Shown one piece after another: positions 39,756-52,200 of a stretch of 64,000 nt of DNA (within the stretch, counting starts at the first letter, position 1; each line of letters opens with the position of its first letter). The position numbers and the translations under genes are program-made. The notes under the pieces are model-generated. The model saw only the letters and a list, made by a program, of their open reading frames with translations, was not told the origin of the DNA and made no database searches. Source of the stretch: Eledone cirrhosa (lineage: Eukaryota); NCBI GenBank assembly GCA_964016885.1, contig OZ024743.1, positions 179,676,001 through 179,740,000 on the forward strand. Reading direction: 5' to 3'.

Positions 39756-40685
39756 TTCAGAGACGCAGGTTGATAGGTTGTTCGACTGTAAAGGAGTGTG
39801 AATAATTAGTAAATTTGTATTCCAATGTTACTAAGTAGTTGCATTGGATGGAGTCAACCGACGTCGGAGATTGCTCAACGTATAATAAAGTGTTTTAAAA
39901 TCCGGAGAAAATATGGAGAAGAAGTTTATGAAACGGAAATGCGGGTATAAAGAATTTATTAGGTAACAATTGTTTCTATAGTGTATGGGTTACCTATACC
40001 TCGCTATTTGAATAATATAAAAATATTATCATAAACCGACGGTTCACTGCAAGCAAACACACCATGTCGTCATACCTTTGTATTGGAATGATATGAAAAT
40101 ATTTTATACACTAGATAAAAGAGAAAGAAGGAGGTAGGAAGAGAAGGGGAAGAGGGAAGTGAGTAAGTGGGGGGGGGGGAGTCCTAGGATTTAAGACTGT
40201 CAGACTAGTAGAGATTGTAAGGAGAGAATGTTTTGGTAGCAGTTAGCTTAATGAGACGTGTTAGGGTTGGCGGGGAAGTAAATTCTTCTAGTGGTGTTGT
40301 TTGGACAAAATTTAGTTAAAGGGGTCAAAGTGGTACAGAGTTACAGACAAGTTATTGGGGCTATTATAGTAGCAGGTTATTTCTAAAGGGGTCCAGAAAA
40401 CAGTGTTTAGTACTATTATTATAGAAAGCCATAACTTGTGTATAAACATATAAAACAGAAATTTGCAAACGGTGGTGTAACTAGGTAACATTACATGCAT
40501 TTAAAAAAAGAAAAAGTCGTTTTCAAACGATGGTTACATTCTCTCCTTACAATCTCTACTAGTCTGACAGTCTTCAATCCTAGGACTCCCTCCCCCTTAC
40601 TCACTTCCCTCTTCCCCTTCTCTTCCTACCTCCTTCTTTCTCTTTTATCTAGTGTATAAAATATTTTCATATCAGTCCAATACAA

Positions 40686-40802
40686 AGGTCTGACGACATG
40701 GTGTGTTTGCTTGCAGTGTACCTTCGGTTTGTGATAATATTTTTATATTATTCAAATAGCGAGGTATAGGTAACCCATACACTATAGAAACAATTGTTAC
40801 CT
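40686..40802 (+). ncRNA. Hammerhead motif with extended helix II (inverted pLTR copy)
   Basis: CTGACGA 40690-40696, GAAA 40787-40790, CAATTG-TT-ACCT. The third copy at 39961-40077 (minus) has core ATGACGA. Confidence 0.75.
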
Positions 40803-40843
40803 AATAAATTCTTTATACCCGCATTTCCGTTTCATAAACTTCT

Positions 40844-40923
<80 letters not shown>

Positions 40924-40927
<4 letters not shown>

Positions 40928-41476
40928 AATGAATGAATAATAACAGGTAGACATCATAAATAGGTAATTTATTCTGTGTGCTTACAAATGTTTCCAAGGT
41001 GGTTATACAGCCTAGTTATGCTATGTGCAAATTTATAACTATTTGCAAAACTCAATTATCAAATGCTGTGACCACTGTATCATCAGAGCAGAATGATTAA
41101 AATGTACAATGTAAATACCCCCAATAACCTCACTTAAGGGTATTTTCATTGTACATTTTAACCATTCTGCTCTGATGATACAGTGGTCACAGCATTTGAT
41201 AATTGAGTTTTGCAAATAGTTATAAATTTGCACATAGCATAACTCGGCTGTATAACCACCGTGGAAACATTTGTAAGCACACAGAATAAATTACCCTTTT
41301 TATGATGTCTACCTGTTATTATTCATTCTTTATCTTCGCTTCGGAATACAGAAGGATCAGGAACTAAGTTTCTACAACAATTCTTCCATAACTCGTTGAG
41401 TAACCTCTCACCGTACGTCAACTCTATCCAGTGTAGTAATTAACCATTACTGCATCTAGGATAATCCTATACCTAA
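40924..41476. mobile_element. Non-autonomous PLE derivative (inverted pLTR ends)
   Basis: 40924-41111 is the reverse complement of 41147-41331. The right arm continues ~145 nt. There is an HHR in each arm and (TA)n flanks. Confidence 0.8.
41168..41279 (+). ncRNA. Hammerhead motif with ~85-nt extended helix II
   Basis: TGCT-CTGATGA(41172-41178)-TACAGTGGT...ACCACCGTG-GAAA(41264-41267)-C-ATTT-GTA-AGCA. An inverted copy lies at ~40980-41090. Confidence 0.78.
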
Positions 41477-42451
41477 TATATATATATATATATATGTATA
41501 TATTGAAAGGATAACAAGGACGATTGGTTACTCCTTCATTACATTTATTGGTAGGTGACGCGCGTTTCGCCACTGATCAGCTCAAGGATCGATCTGTATC
41601 GATCCTACCCGACTCAATGATCGGCAGCTCGGCGGACCCTTTAAAATGCTATGAGAAAATGAAATACATGCTATGTGGTAAAGACAGAAGATCTAAAATT
41701 TGACAATATGAGTTATTTTGTTTTGATCGATGGAAAGAATCAAAGGGATGTACTGGCCTGTAGTGAATGTGGGGGTGGATGTGATGATAAGATGGTGGTG
41801 ACGGTCGCTGGCTGCGATGGGCTGTGATGTGGTGGAGGCGGATTGGCTTTGGCCTGTAGTGTATGTGGGGGTGGATTGATGATGAGAAGATGGTGGTGAC
41901 GGCCACTAACTGGGATGGGCTGTGGTGTGGGAGTAGTGGCTTGTCGGTAGACGGGTTGGCGTGTGTGCGGTGTGGTTGTGGTGTTGTTGTTTATGGTAGT
42001 GGCGTTTGTGTTGGTGTGGTGGATGTGGCGGTGGTGTCGAGTCCATGGGGAGATACATACCTAAACACTCTTAGTCTGACAAATACGTTGTACATATATA
42101 TACACATGCGTATATATACTGATATATACACATACGTACACACCCATATACACACACATACATGCGCCCACATAGATCCACACTTACATATATCTATATG
42201 CATATATACACACATGTATGTGCAAGCGCGCGTGTGGATATATATAGAGAGAGTGGGGGAGTATCGGTGGGGGTGGCCTAGAACAAAGATAGAGGGAAGG
42301 TGAGAGCCAATGGAGATGGTGTTGTACATATAGACATACACATACATACACACATACACATATACGGATATGCACACATATACACGTAGACACACGTATA
42401 CATAAACATACACATACCCATACATACATATATACACACACATACATATAC

Positions 42452-42504
<53 letters not shown>

Positions 42505-43215
42505 CATACATATACATACATGCATACGCCCATATTTATGAAAAAAATGCTTACACACAGACACACACACTTGCGTTGGTTCGAGGGGGAAGGTATGTGT
42601 TGGCGGTGTTGATGAAGTTAATGGATGTTGAGGTATGGAGTTGTGTTTTGTGGTGGTGGTGGTGGTGGTAGTGGTTCTGGGGTGATATGTTCAACAAAAT
42701 GATTACATGATCAGGTGTTACGGTGGGTTACAGGGTAAGGCAGACGGGGGCGGATATAACACAGTCGATCTGGGAGTGAGGGATGATATGTGTTGATGAT
42801 GTTAATGATTGTTGAAGTATGTGGATGTATCTAGTGGTGGCGGTGGTGGTGTGTGCGACAGTACATTTACAGGGTCGTAGATTAGGGTAGACAGAGGGAA
42901 CATGGAGGAATGAGGTTGCGGGTGTGGATGGTAGACACATGACGATGTGTGCTGTGGTGGTGGTGGCGATGGTGTGATATGATCGACATTATATTTACAG
43001 GATCAGATGTTACTATGGCTTGCAAGGTAAAACCTGACAGAGAGGACAGATAAAACACAATGTTGCAAGGATGAGGGGTGTATGGCGATGTGATTTTTGG
43101 TGGGCGTGATGTATGCGGCATGATATACAAAATACGGGCTTATAAATGGTTACATGCAATACAATAAAATAAATTCCTTGAGATGGGCGATGGTGAGACG
43201 GGGCAGAGGTGGTTA

Positions 43216-45773
43216 TTAATATGATGTGTGCGGCCCTCCCCCGAATGTTTGTGCGGAAAATGTGTTCAGCCTGGTGTGTCTGCAATTGACAATTATGTCT
43301 GACCTATAGTTTATGGCATATTTTAATTTAATCATTTCTGCCGCCTCAGCCAGGCATAAACTGCAGTGGTTTCTGTCACTGGGGTGTTGTGCCACGCGTC
43401 TTTTCACTGACCACAAGATCTGGGGTTCGATGTTCCTGTCCTTGAGGTCCCAGATCAAATCGGCCAGTCTGGTTTGGGATCGTTTCAGCCTATGTTTAAA
43501 GGGGCTTCTATGGTTATATCAGCGCTCCTTAAACGTAGTGGATGTCGCACCTATATATGAGTACTCTTTATTGCCGGATGTGACATCACACCGGTAAAAC
43601 AATATTTTTAACGAGGCACTCCCCGTTTAGTGGGCATTCGGCCCGTTTTTTGCAGTTGCAGTTGGGTGTAACTGGTGTGGTGGCACGTTGGCGGTTGGTG
43701 GCATGCGGTGTGGATCCGGTATGTGGGTTGTTGTGTTGTGTTGTGTGTGTGGTTTCGTTCTGGGTTGTTATGGTGGTTTGTTGTGGGGCAACCATGTGTT
43801 TTCGTATTTTTGTCCTATTAGTGTGTGCTATTGTGTGGTCTAGATTTGGTGCTGTGGAGCAAGAGAATTTTACAGTGTGTCTATTGAAGTGCTTGTGGTA
43901 TTTATGTGTGCGTGGAAAAGATTGTTCGAGAGCCCTGAAGAAGGTTCCCGGTATATTGGTGGCCACGTGTATAGAATACGGGGCGTTGTACCATGTGACA
44001 GGTCTACTTCGGGTTCTGCGGTGTTTAGTGATGTTTTTGTGGTTGGGTGGTAGTTTGGGTGCGTTTTGGTCAGGCGTGTGTGTCATAGGGGTTCCAAGTA
44101 ATCTATTGGCGTTATGTCTTGTGTCTCTATTGCTACGCAAACGTGTGCGATAGTCGGAGTCCTTATTGTGGTTGGAGAGTATGGCTTTATCTCCTTGACA
44201 GTTGTGTGTGACGCTGGCTGCCCTGCCGGCTACGGAGGGTCTTAGGTTATTATTTGTTCTAGGTGTGGTGACTTCTTCTATGTTCATTTCTAAGGGTCCG
44301 GTTATGTTTAGCGGCGTTACGGTTCTATTTGGGTCGATGTAAGAAATCTTCTCAATGTAACCAGGGTTTACAAGTGCGGAGTTGTAGTATTCAGAGTGCT
44401 GGTTGAAGATATTTCTATTAGTCGACAGGGTGGACACTCTATTGGAGACGCTTTTAACTATTGAGTTAATTATGCAGCTAGGGTGGTTGGAGTGTCTGTT
44501 GACGTATTTGAGATTTTCATTAGGTTTGTGGTATGGACGGTAGAGTCTAATTCTAGGGTGACATCTAAAAAGTTTACTGTCCTATTGTTAGGTTCAATCT
44601 CTACCGCTAATCATTGGGTCTTAAAGATGTACCTAAGTCGTTTTTGTAGTCTATCTAATTGGCTATTGTTGAGTCCACGGGTCATAAGTAGGGCATCGTC
44701 ACGGTATAAGCCACCGCCTAAGGAGGGGATCTCGTCTGTTAATATATTTAGGAGGTACATGCCTACTATATCTGTAACCTGTGCGGAGTCAGTCGATCCC
44801 ATGGGAATGTCGAAGCTATCTGGTCTATCCTGTCGCTCCCACAATCTACAGTCAAATTCTAGTAAAGTTTTCCTAGCTGTTAGTATGATGTCCACTTCCT
44901 TTCTAGTGAGGCTTGATCTGTTCATGGCTGAGATCAGTGCCTTGTTAAGGATGATTGGGGATATAGATGCGTAGTAGTTCGTAATGTCCAATTGTACTAA
45001 TCGAACGTTCGACTTAGTTTCAATGCCACAAAACCAGTCGATTACTTCCTTTGTGCAAGACCATAGGCAGAGTTTAGTTCTATTTCTAAGTTCGGGTATA
45101 ATTCGGTCAATGATTGATTTGCTTAGTCTACCTAGGTCCGATTTAGACGGGGCTATGAGCCTGGCCGGTAGTTTTGACTGGAAGTCCGGTTTATGGTCTT
45201 TAATAGATAGTCTCGGTGTCCTAGGGTTGTAGGGATAAGTCCTGTCGTCAATACTCAGTTCGGTCATTATTGTTTTCGCCTGTTTATTTATGTGTGCTAG
45301 GTTTTCCCGTGTTGATGTTTTGTATATTTTAGCGATTTCGTTTGTAATGCATTTGTTGTATGTTTTGTACTCCAAATTGTATAGGTTTCCTGTTTAATCG
45401 GCTGCTACGATGATGCCAGGGCTATTCCTGATCTTTTTTTACAGTAGATGCGAGCCCAGACAGGAATGCACTTCTGTCAGGGATTCGCGGTGGTTTCCTG
45501 AATCTAATGGTCCGGACCATGGTAATGATCCTGTCCTCAAACTCCTCTGGGAGTGGGTTGTGCGGTGGGTTTTTCGTCGTTTTAAAAAGTCTTTTTATGT
45601 GGTTGGTGGAATTGTCACTTGATCCGGGGGCCCTCCTTGTTGTTGTAGTGGTGGGCCCTCCAGCGGATCCTCCTGATGAAATTATTTGTCTGCTTTAGTA
45701 ATAGGTCCATGTACACATCATCCGAAGGTATAGGTATGTCCTTTAGGGAGGAAGTGTTGTAGAACAATTCCAT
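43216..45773 (-). pseudogene. PLE RT + GIY-YIG ORF with multiple stops and frameshifts
   Basis: SLKDIPIP..FIRRIRWRA, KDHKPDF, LDITNYYASI, MGS, LYRDD, VNFLDV, CNCKKRAECPLNGEC, YIGATSTTFKER*YNH, CSLCLAE..N..CRH. The frame is broken at several points (e.g. 45615, 45394, 44611, ~44545, ~43600, 43519). Confidence 0.9.
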
Positions 45774-46165
45774 GGTGTTCCAGGTAAGCGCTCGACAAAA
45801 AAAGGAGCGAAATATCAAGGGTGTGTAACTTGGAGTTACTGCAGGTTCACCCGGGATAGCACTCGATGTTTAGGTTCACTTCTGTGATGAGGTGTAGAGC
45901 TATACAGAGTGTAATATATTGAAAGGATAACAAGGACGATTGGTTACTCCTTCATTACATTTATTGGTAGGTGACGCGCGTTTCGCCACTGATCAGCTCA
46001 AGGTTCGATCTGTATCGATCCTACCCGACTCAATGATCGGCAGCTCGGCGGACCCTTTAAAATGCTATGAGAAAATGAAATACATGCTATATGGTAAAGA
46101 CAGAAGTTCAAGAATTTGACAATATTAGTTGTGTTGAATGGTGGGAAGGATCAAAGGAATGTACT

Positions 46166-46700
46166 GGCCTGTAGTGTATGTGGGGGTGGATGTGATGATA
46201 AGATGTTGGTGACGGTCGCTGGCTGCGATGGGCTGTGGTGTGGTGGTGGCGTATTGGCTTTGGCCTGTAGTGTATGTGGGGGTGGATGTGATGATAAGAT
46301 GGTGGTGACGGTCGCTGGCTGCGATGGGCTGTGGTGTGGTGGAGGCTGATTGGCTTTGGCCTGTAGTGTATGTGGGGGTGGATGTGATGATAAGATGGTG
46401 GTGACGGTCGCTGGCTGCGATGGGCTGTGGTGTGGTGGTGGCGTATTGGCTTTGGCCTGTAGTGTATGTGGGGGTGGATGTGATGATAAGATGGTGGTGA
46501 CGGTCGCTGGCTGCGATGGGCTGTGGTGTGGTGGAGGCTGATTGGCTTTGGCCTGTAGTGTATGTGGGGGTGGATGTGATGATAAGATGGTGGTGACGGT
46601 CGCTGGCTGCGATGGGCTGTGGTGTGGTGGAGGCTGATTGGCTTTGGCCTGTAGTGTATGTGGGGGTGGATTGATGATGAGAAGATGGTGGTGACGGCCA
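46166..46700. repeat. 96-bp tandem repeat (5 full units + diverged 6th) inside the 5' pLTR
   Basis: Unit starts at 46166, 46262, 46358, 46454, 46550 and 46646. Confidence 0.95.
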
Positions 46701-47562
46701 CTAACTGGGATGGGCTGTGGTGTGGGAGTAGTGGCTTGTCGGTATACGGGTTGGCGTGTGTGCGGTGTGGTTGTGGTGTTGTTGTTTATGGTAGTGGCGT
46801 TTGTGGTGGTGTGGTGGATGTGGCGGTGGTGTCGAGTCCATGGGGAGATACATACCTAAACACTCTTAGTCTGACAAATACGTTGTACATATATATACAC
46901 ATGCGCATATATACTGATATATACACATACGTACACACCCATATACACACACATACATGCGCCCACATAGATCCACACATACATATATCTATATGCATAT
47001 ATACACACATGTATGTGCAAGCGCGCGTGTGGATATATATAGAGAGAGTGGGGGAGTATCGGTGGGGGTGGCCTAGAACAAAGATAGAGGGAAGGTGAGA
47101 GCCAATGGAGATGGTGTTGTACATATAGACATACACATACATACACACATACACATATACGGATATGCACACATACACGTACACACATATCCACCCCCAC
47201 ATACACTACAGGCCAGTACATCCCTTTCATCCTTTCCATCAATCAAAACAACTCATGTTGTCAAATTCTTGAACTTCTGTCTTTACCATATAGCATGTAT
47301 TTCATTTTCTTATAGCACTTTAAAGGGTCCGTCGAGTTGCCGATCATTGAGTCGGGTAGGATCGATACAGATCGAACCTTGAGCTGATCAGTGGCGAAAC
47401 GCGCGTCACCTACCATTAAATGTAATGAAGGAGTAACCAATCGTCCTTGTTATCCTTTCAATATATTACACTCTGTATAGCTCTACACCTCATCACAGAA
47501 GTGAACCTAAACATCGAGTGCTCTCCCGGGTGAACCTGCAATAACTCCAAGTTACACCCCCT

Positions 47563-47644
<82 letters not shown>

Positions 47645-47742
47645 AGAAATGTAAGCTATCGCCGTATTTTGACTAAAGAAATTAAAATTATTTAGCCTGA
47701 TAGTGGGGTTAAGAACCCTCGGAGAAATGGAAAAAGATGAGT

Positions 47743-47784
<42 letters not shown>

Positions 47785-48217
47785 GCATACATATATATGT
47801 GTATCCGTATGAAGTTGACTTCCGAAAGAAAAAGTTCCCGATAACGAACTAGAGTTTAAATATTCATTTTATTAAGGCTAAATAGGGAGTGTGGCTACTC
47901 TGGTGTTTCACCTGCTTATCACAGGAGGATCAGGCAACACTCACTATTTAACCTTATATGTATATATATTTATGCGTGCAAAAGGCAAACAGAAATAACA
48001 GAGCAAACGACACGATACAAAGAAAACATTATTAGTTTACGCTCGGTGTAATATGAAAGAGTCTTAACCTTCCGCACACTTAGTCCTTCATCAGAAAATA
48101 GGAGAAATTAAGAAGAAAGAGAAAGTTAAAGGAGGCTGGGCAGTGGTAGAAACGAAGAGAGAATTTCTAGAAAAAAGCAGGTCTATTCACGTCGCCATAT
48201 TCTAAAACACACACACA

Positions 48218-48387
<170 letters not shown>

Positions 48388-48662
48388 TTCTTTTCAAACA
48401 ATATATTTAGGTGCATTATATGTGTGTCTGTGTATATGTATGTGTGTGTGTGTGAGAGAGAAAGAGAGAGAGAGACTGACAGACAGAAATAAAGAGAGGA
48501 ACGTCAACAAGGACAGACAACACGGGATAGAAATACAATAGAATGATGACATATATCAGTTTAATGATTGATATAGTAGGAAAATAAGTGTGTAGTTAGT
48601 CAACCAGTTTGAAAAATTACTAGTTGGGACGTTGGTACACACATACACACACACGCGCACAC

Positions 48663-48730
<68 letters not shown>

Positions 48731-48844
48731 TCAAACATATATATATATAAGATGTATCGGTCCTCTTTAACAGTTGCGTTTCAATATTACATGTGTGCAT
48801 GTATTTGTGTATGTGTGTGTGCGTGTGTCTATGTATGTGTTTTG

Positions 48845-48950
<106 letters not shown>

Positions 48951-49210
48951 GTGTGTGTCTGTGTGGGTGTGGGTGTGTTTGTGTTTTCTATATATATATG
49001 TGAGTGTGTGTGTGTGTGTGTGGTGTGTGTCTGTGTGTGTGTGTGTGTGGGTGTGTTTGTGTTTTCTATATATATATATATGTGTGTGTGGGAGGAAAGC
49101 TAAGCTGGATTAATATTAAATCGTTGCCATTAATTCGGAGTTTATGAACAAGCTCTTTAAGAATCAAAGCAGAATTTATGCACACAAAAGAAAAGAACGT
49201 TAAACAACTT

Positions 49211-52200
49211 TACAGTTACACACAGACACACAAGGTGACACACAGAAACACACAGATACACACAGATACACACAGATACACACATATAAATAGATACACA
49301 CAGTTACACAGATACACACAGATACATAGATACACACAGATACATAGATACACACAGATACACAGAGATACACACAGTTACACACATATAAATAGATACA
49401 CACAGATACACAAAGTTACACAGATACACACAGATACACAGATACACACAGATACATAGATACACACAGATACACAGAGATACACACAGTTACACAGTTA
49501 CACAGATACACACAGATACACAGAGATACAGACAGACACACACAGATTCACAGAGATACACACAGATAGACACAGATAAACACAGATACACACAGAAACA
49601 CACAGATACACACAGATACATACAGATACACACAGATACACACAGATACAAAGATACACACAGATACACACAGATACGCACAGATACACAGATACGCACA
49701 GATACACAGATACACACAGATACACTACACACAGATACACACAGATGCACAGATACACACAGTTACACAGTTACACAGATACACACAGATACACACAGAT
49801 ACACACAGATACACAGAAACACAGATACACAGAGATACAGACAGATACACGCAGTTACACAGACACACACAGATACACACAGATACACACAGATACACAG
49901 ATACACACAGATACACAGAGATACAGACAGATACACGCAGTTACACAGACACACAGATACACACAAATTCACAGAGATACACACAGATACACACAGATAC
50001 ACACACATATAAATAGATACACACAGATACACACAGTTACACAGATACACAGACATACAGACAGACACACACAGATACACAGTTACACAGATACACGCAG
50101 ATACACACAGATACACACAGATACACACAGATACACAGATACACACAGATACACACAGATACACACAGATACACAGATACACAGATACACACAGTTACAC
50201 ACAGATACACAGATACACACAGATACACACAGATACACAGATACACACAGATACACACAGATACACAGATACACAGATACACAGATACACACAGTTACAC
50301 ACAGATACACACAGTTACACACAGATACACACAGATACACACAGATACACACAGATACACACAGATACACACAGTTACAGACAGATACACACAGATACAC
50401 AGATACACACAGATACACACAGTTACACACAGATACACACAGATACACACAGATAAAGACAGATACACACAGTTACACACAGATACACACAGATACACAC
50501 AGTTACACACAGATACACACAAATACACACAGTTACACACAGATACACACAGTTACACACAGATATACACAGATACACGGATACACACAGATACACACTG
50601 ATACACACAAATACACACATATACAGAGATACACACAGATACACACAGATACAGAGATACACACAGATACAGAGATACACACATATACACAGAGATACAC
50701 ACAGATACACACAGATACACAGAGTTACACAGATACACACATATACACACAGTTAAACACAGATACACACAGATACACACACATACACACAGATACACAC
50801 AGATACACACAGATACACACAGTTACACAGACACACACAGATACACACAGATTCACACAGATTCACAAAGATAAACACAGTTAAACACAGATACACACAG
50901 ATACACACAGATACACAAATACACAGATACACAGATACACGCAGATACACACAGATACACACAGATACACACAGATACACACAGTTACACAGATAGACAC
51001 AGATGCACAGAGATACACAAATACACAGATACACACAGATACACACAGATACACACAGAAACACACAGATACACACAGATACACAAAGAAACACAGATAC
51101 AGATACACATATATACACAGATACACACAGATACACAGATACACACAGATACACAGAAACACACAGATACACACAGATACACAGAGATACACAGATACAC
51201 AAAGACATACACACAGACACAGACAGATTCACACATATACACACCGACACACACAGATACACACAGATTCACACATATACACACACAGATACACACAGTT
51301 ACACAGACACACACAGATACACACAGATTCACAGAGATACACACAGATAGACACAGATACAAACAGATACACACATATACACACAGACACACACAGTTAC
51401 ACAGATACACAGATACACACATATACACAGTAACAAAAAGATACACACAGTTACACACATATACACAAATACACGCAGATACACACAGATACACACAGAT
51501 AGACACATATACACAGAACACAGATACACACAGATACAGACATATACACACATATACACACAGACACACACACAGATACACACAGATACACACAGAAACA
51601 CACATATACACACAGATACACACAGATACACACAGATACACATATATACACACAGACACACACAGATACACACAGACACGCACAGTTACACAGATACACA
51701 GATACATACATATAAACAGATACACACAAATACACACAGTTAAACACAGACACACACAGATACACACAGATACACACAGACACACACAGATAGAGACAGA
51801 TACACAGTGTTACACAGATACACACAGTTACACACAATTACACACAGTTACCCACAATTACACACAGATACACAGATAGACACAGATACACACAGTTACC
51901 CACATTTATACACAGATACACAGATACACATGGATAGACACAGATACACACAGATACACACAGATACACACCGACACATACAGATACACACAGATACACA
52001 CAGATACACACAGATACACACAGATACACACAGTTACACACAGATACACACAGATACACACAGATACACAGAGATACACACATATACACACAGTTACACA
52101 CAGATACACACAGATACAAACAGATACACACAGTTACACACAGATACACACAGTTACACACAGATACACACAGTTACACACAGATACACACAGATACACA

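Larger units (their letters stand above)
36805..40848 (-). mobile_element. Full-length Penelope-like element (Naiad-type) with direct pLTRs and an inverted partial pLTR
   Basis: Direct repeats 36805-37526 and 39805-40538 flank the ORF. 40536-40848 is an inverted partial copy. (TA)n lies on both sides. Confidence 0.93.
41500..47565 (-). mobile_element. Second full-length Naiad-type PLE (decayed) with long pLTRs and inverted partial pLTR
   Basis: Direct repeats ~41500-42385 and ~45915-47182, inverted copy ~47189-47565, (TA)n flanks. Confidence 0.9.

Noticed and set aside
43519-44613. In-frame TGA codons in the second PLE as selenocysteine (reported for some Naiad elements)
   Set aside because: The TGAs fall at Gly (44611-44613) and aromatic/Leu (43519-43521) positions rather than Cys positions, and the ORF also has TAA stops and frameshifts.
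46108-46701. 197-aa His/Pro repeat protein, or a CRISPR-like array
   Set aside because: It is a 96-bp tandem repeat within a pLTR with no unique spacers, in a eukaryotic context.
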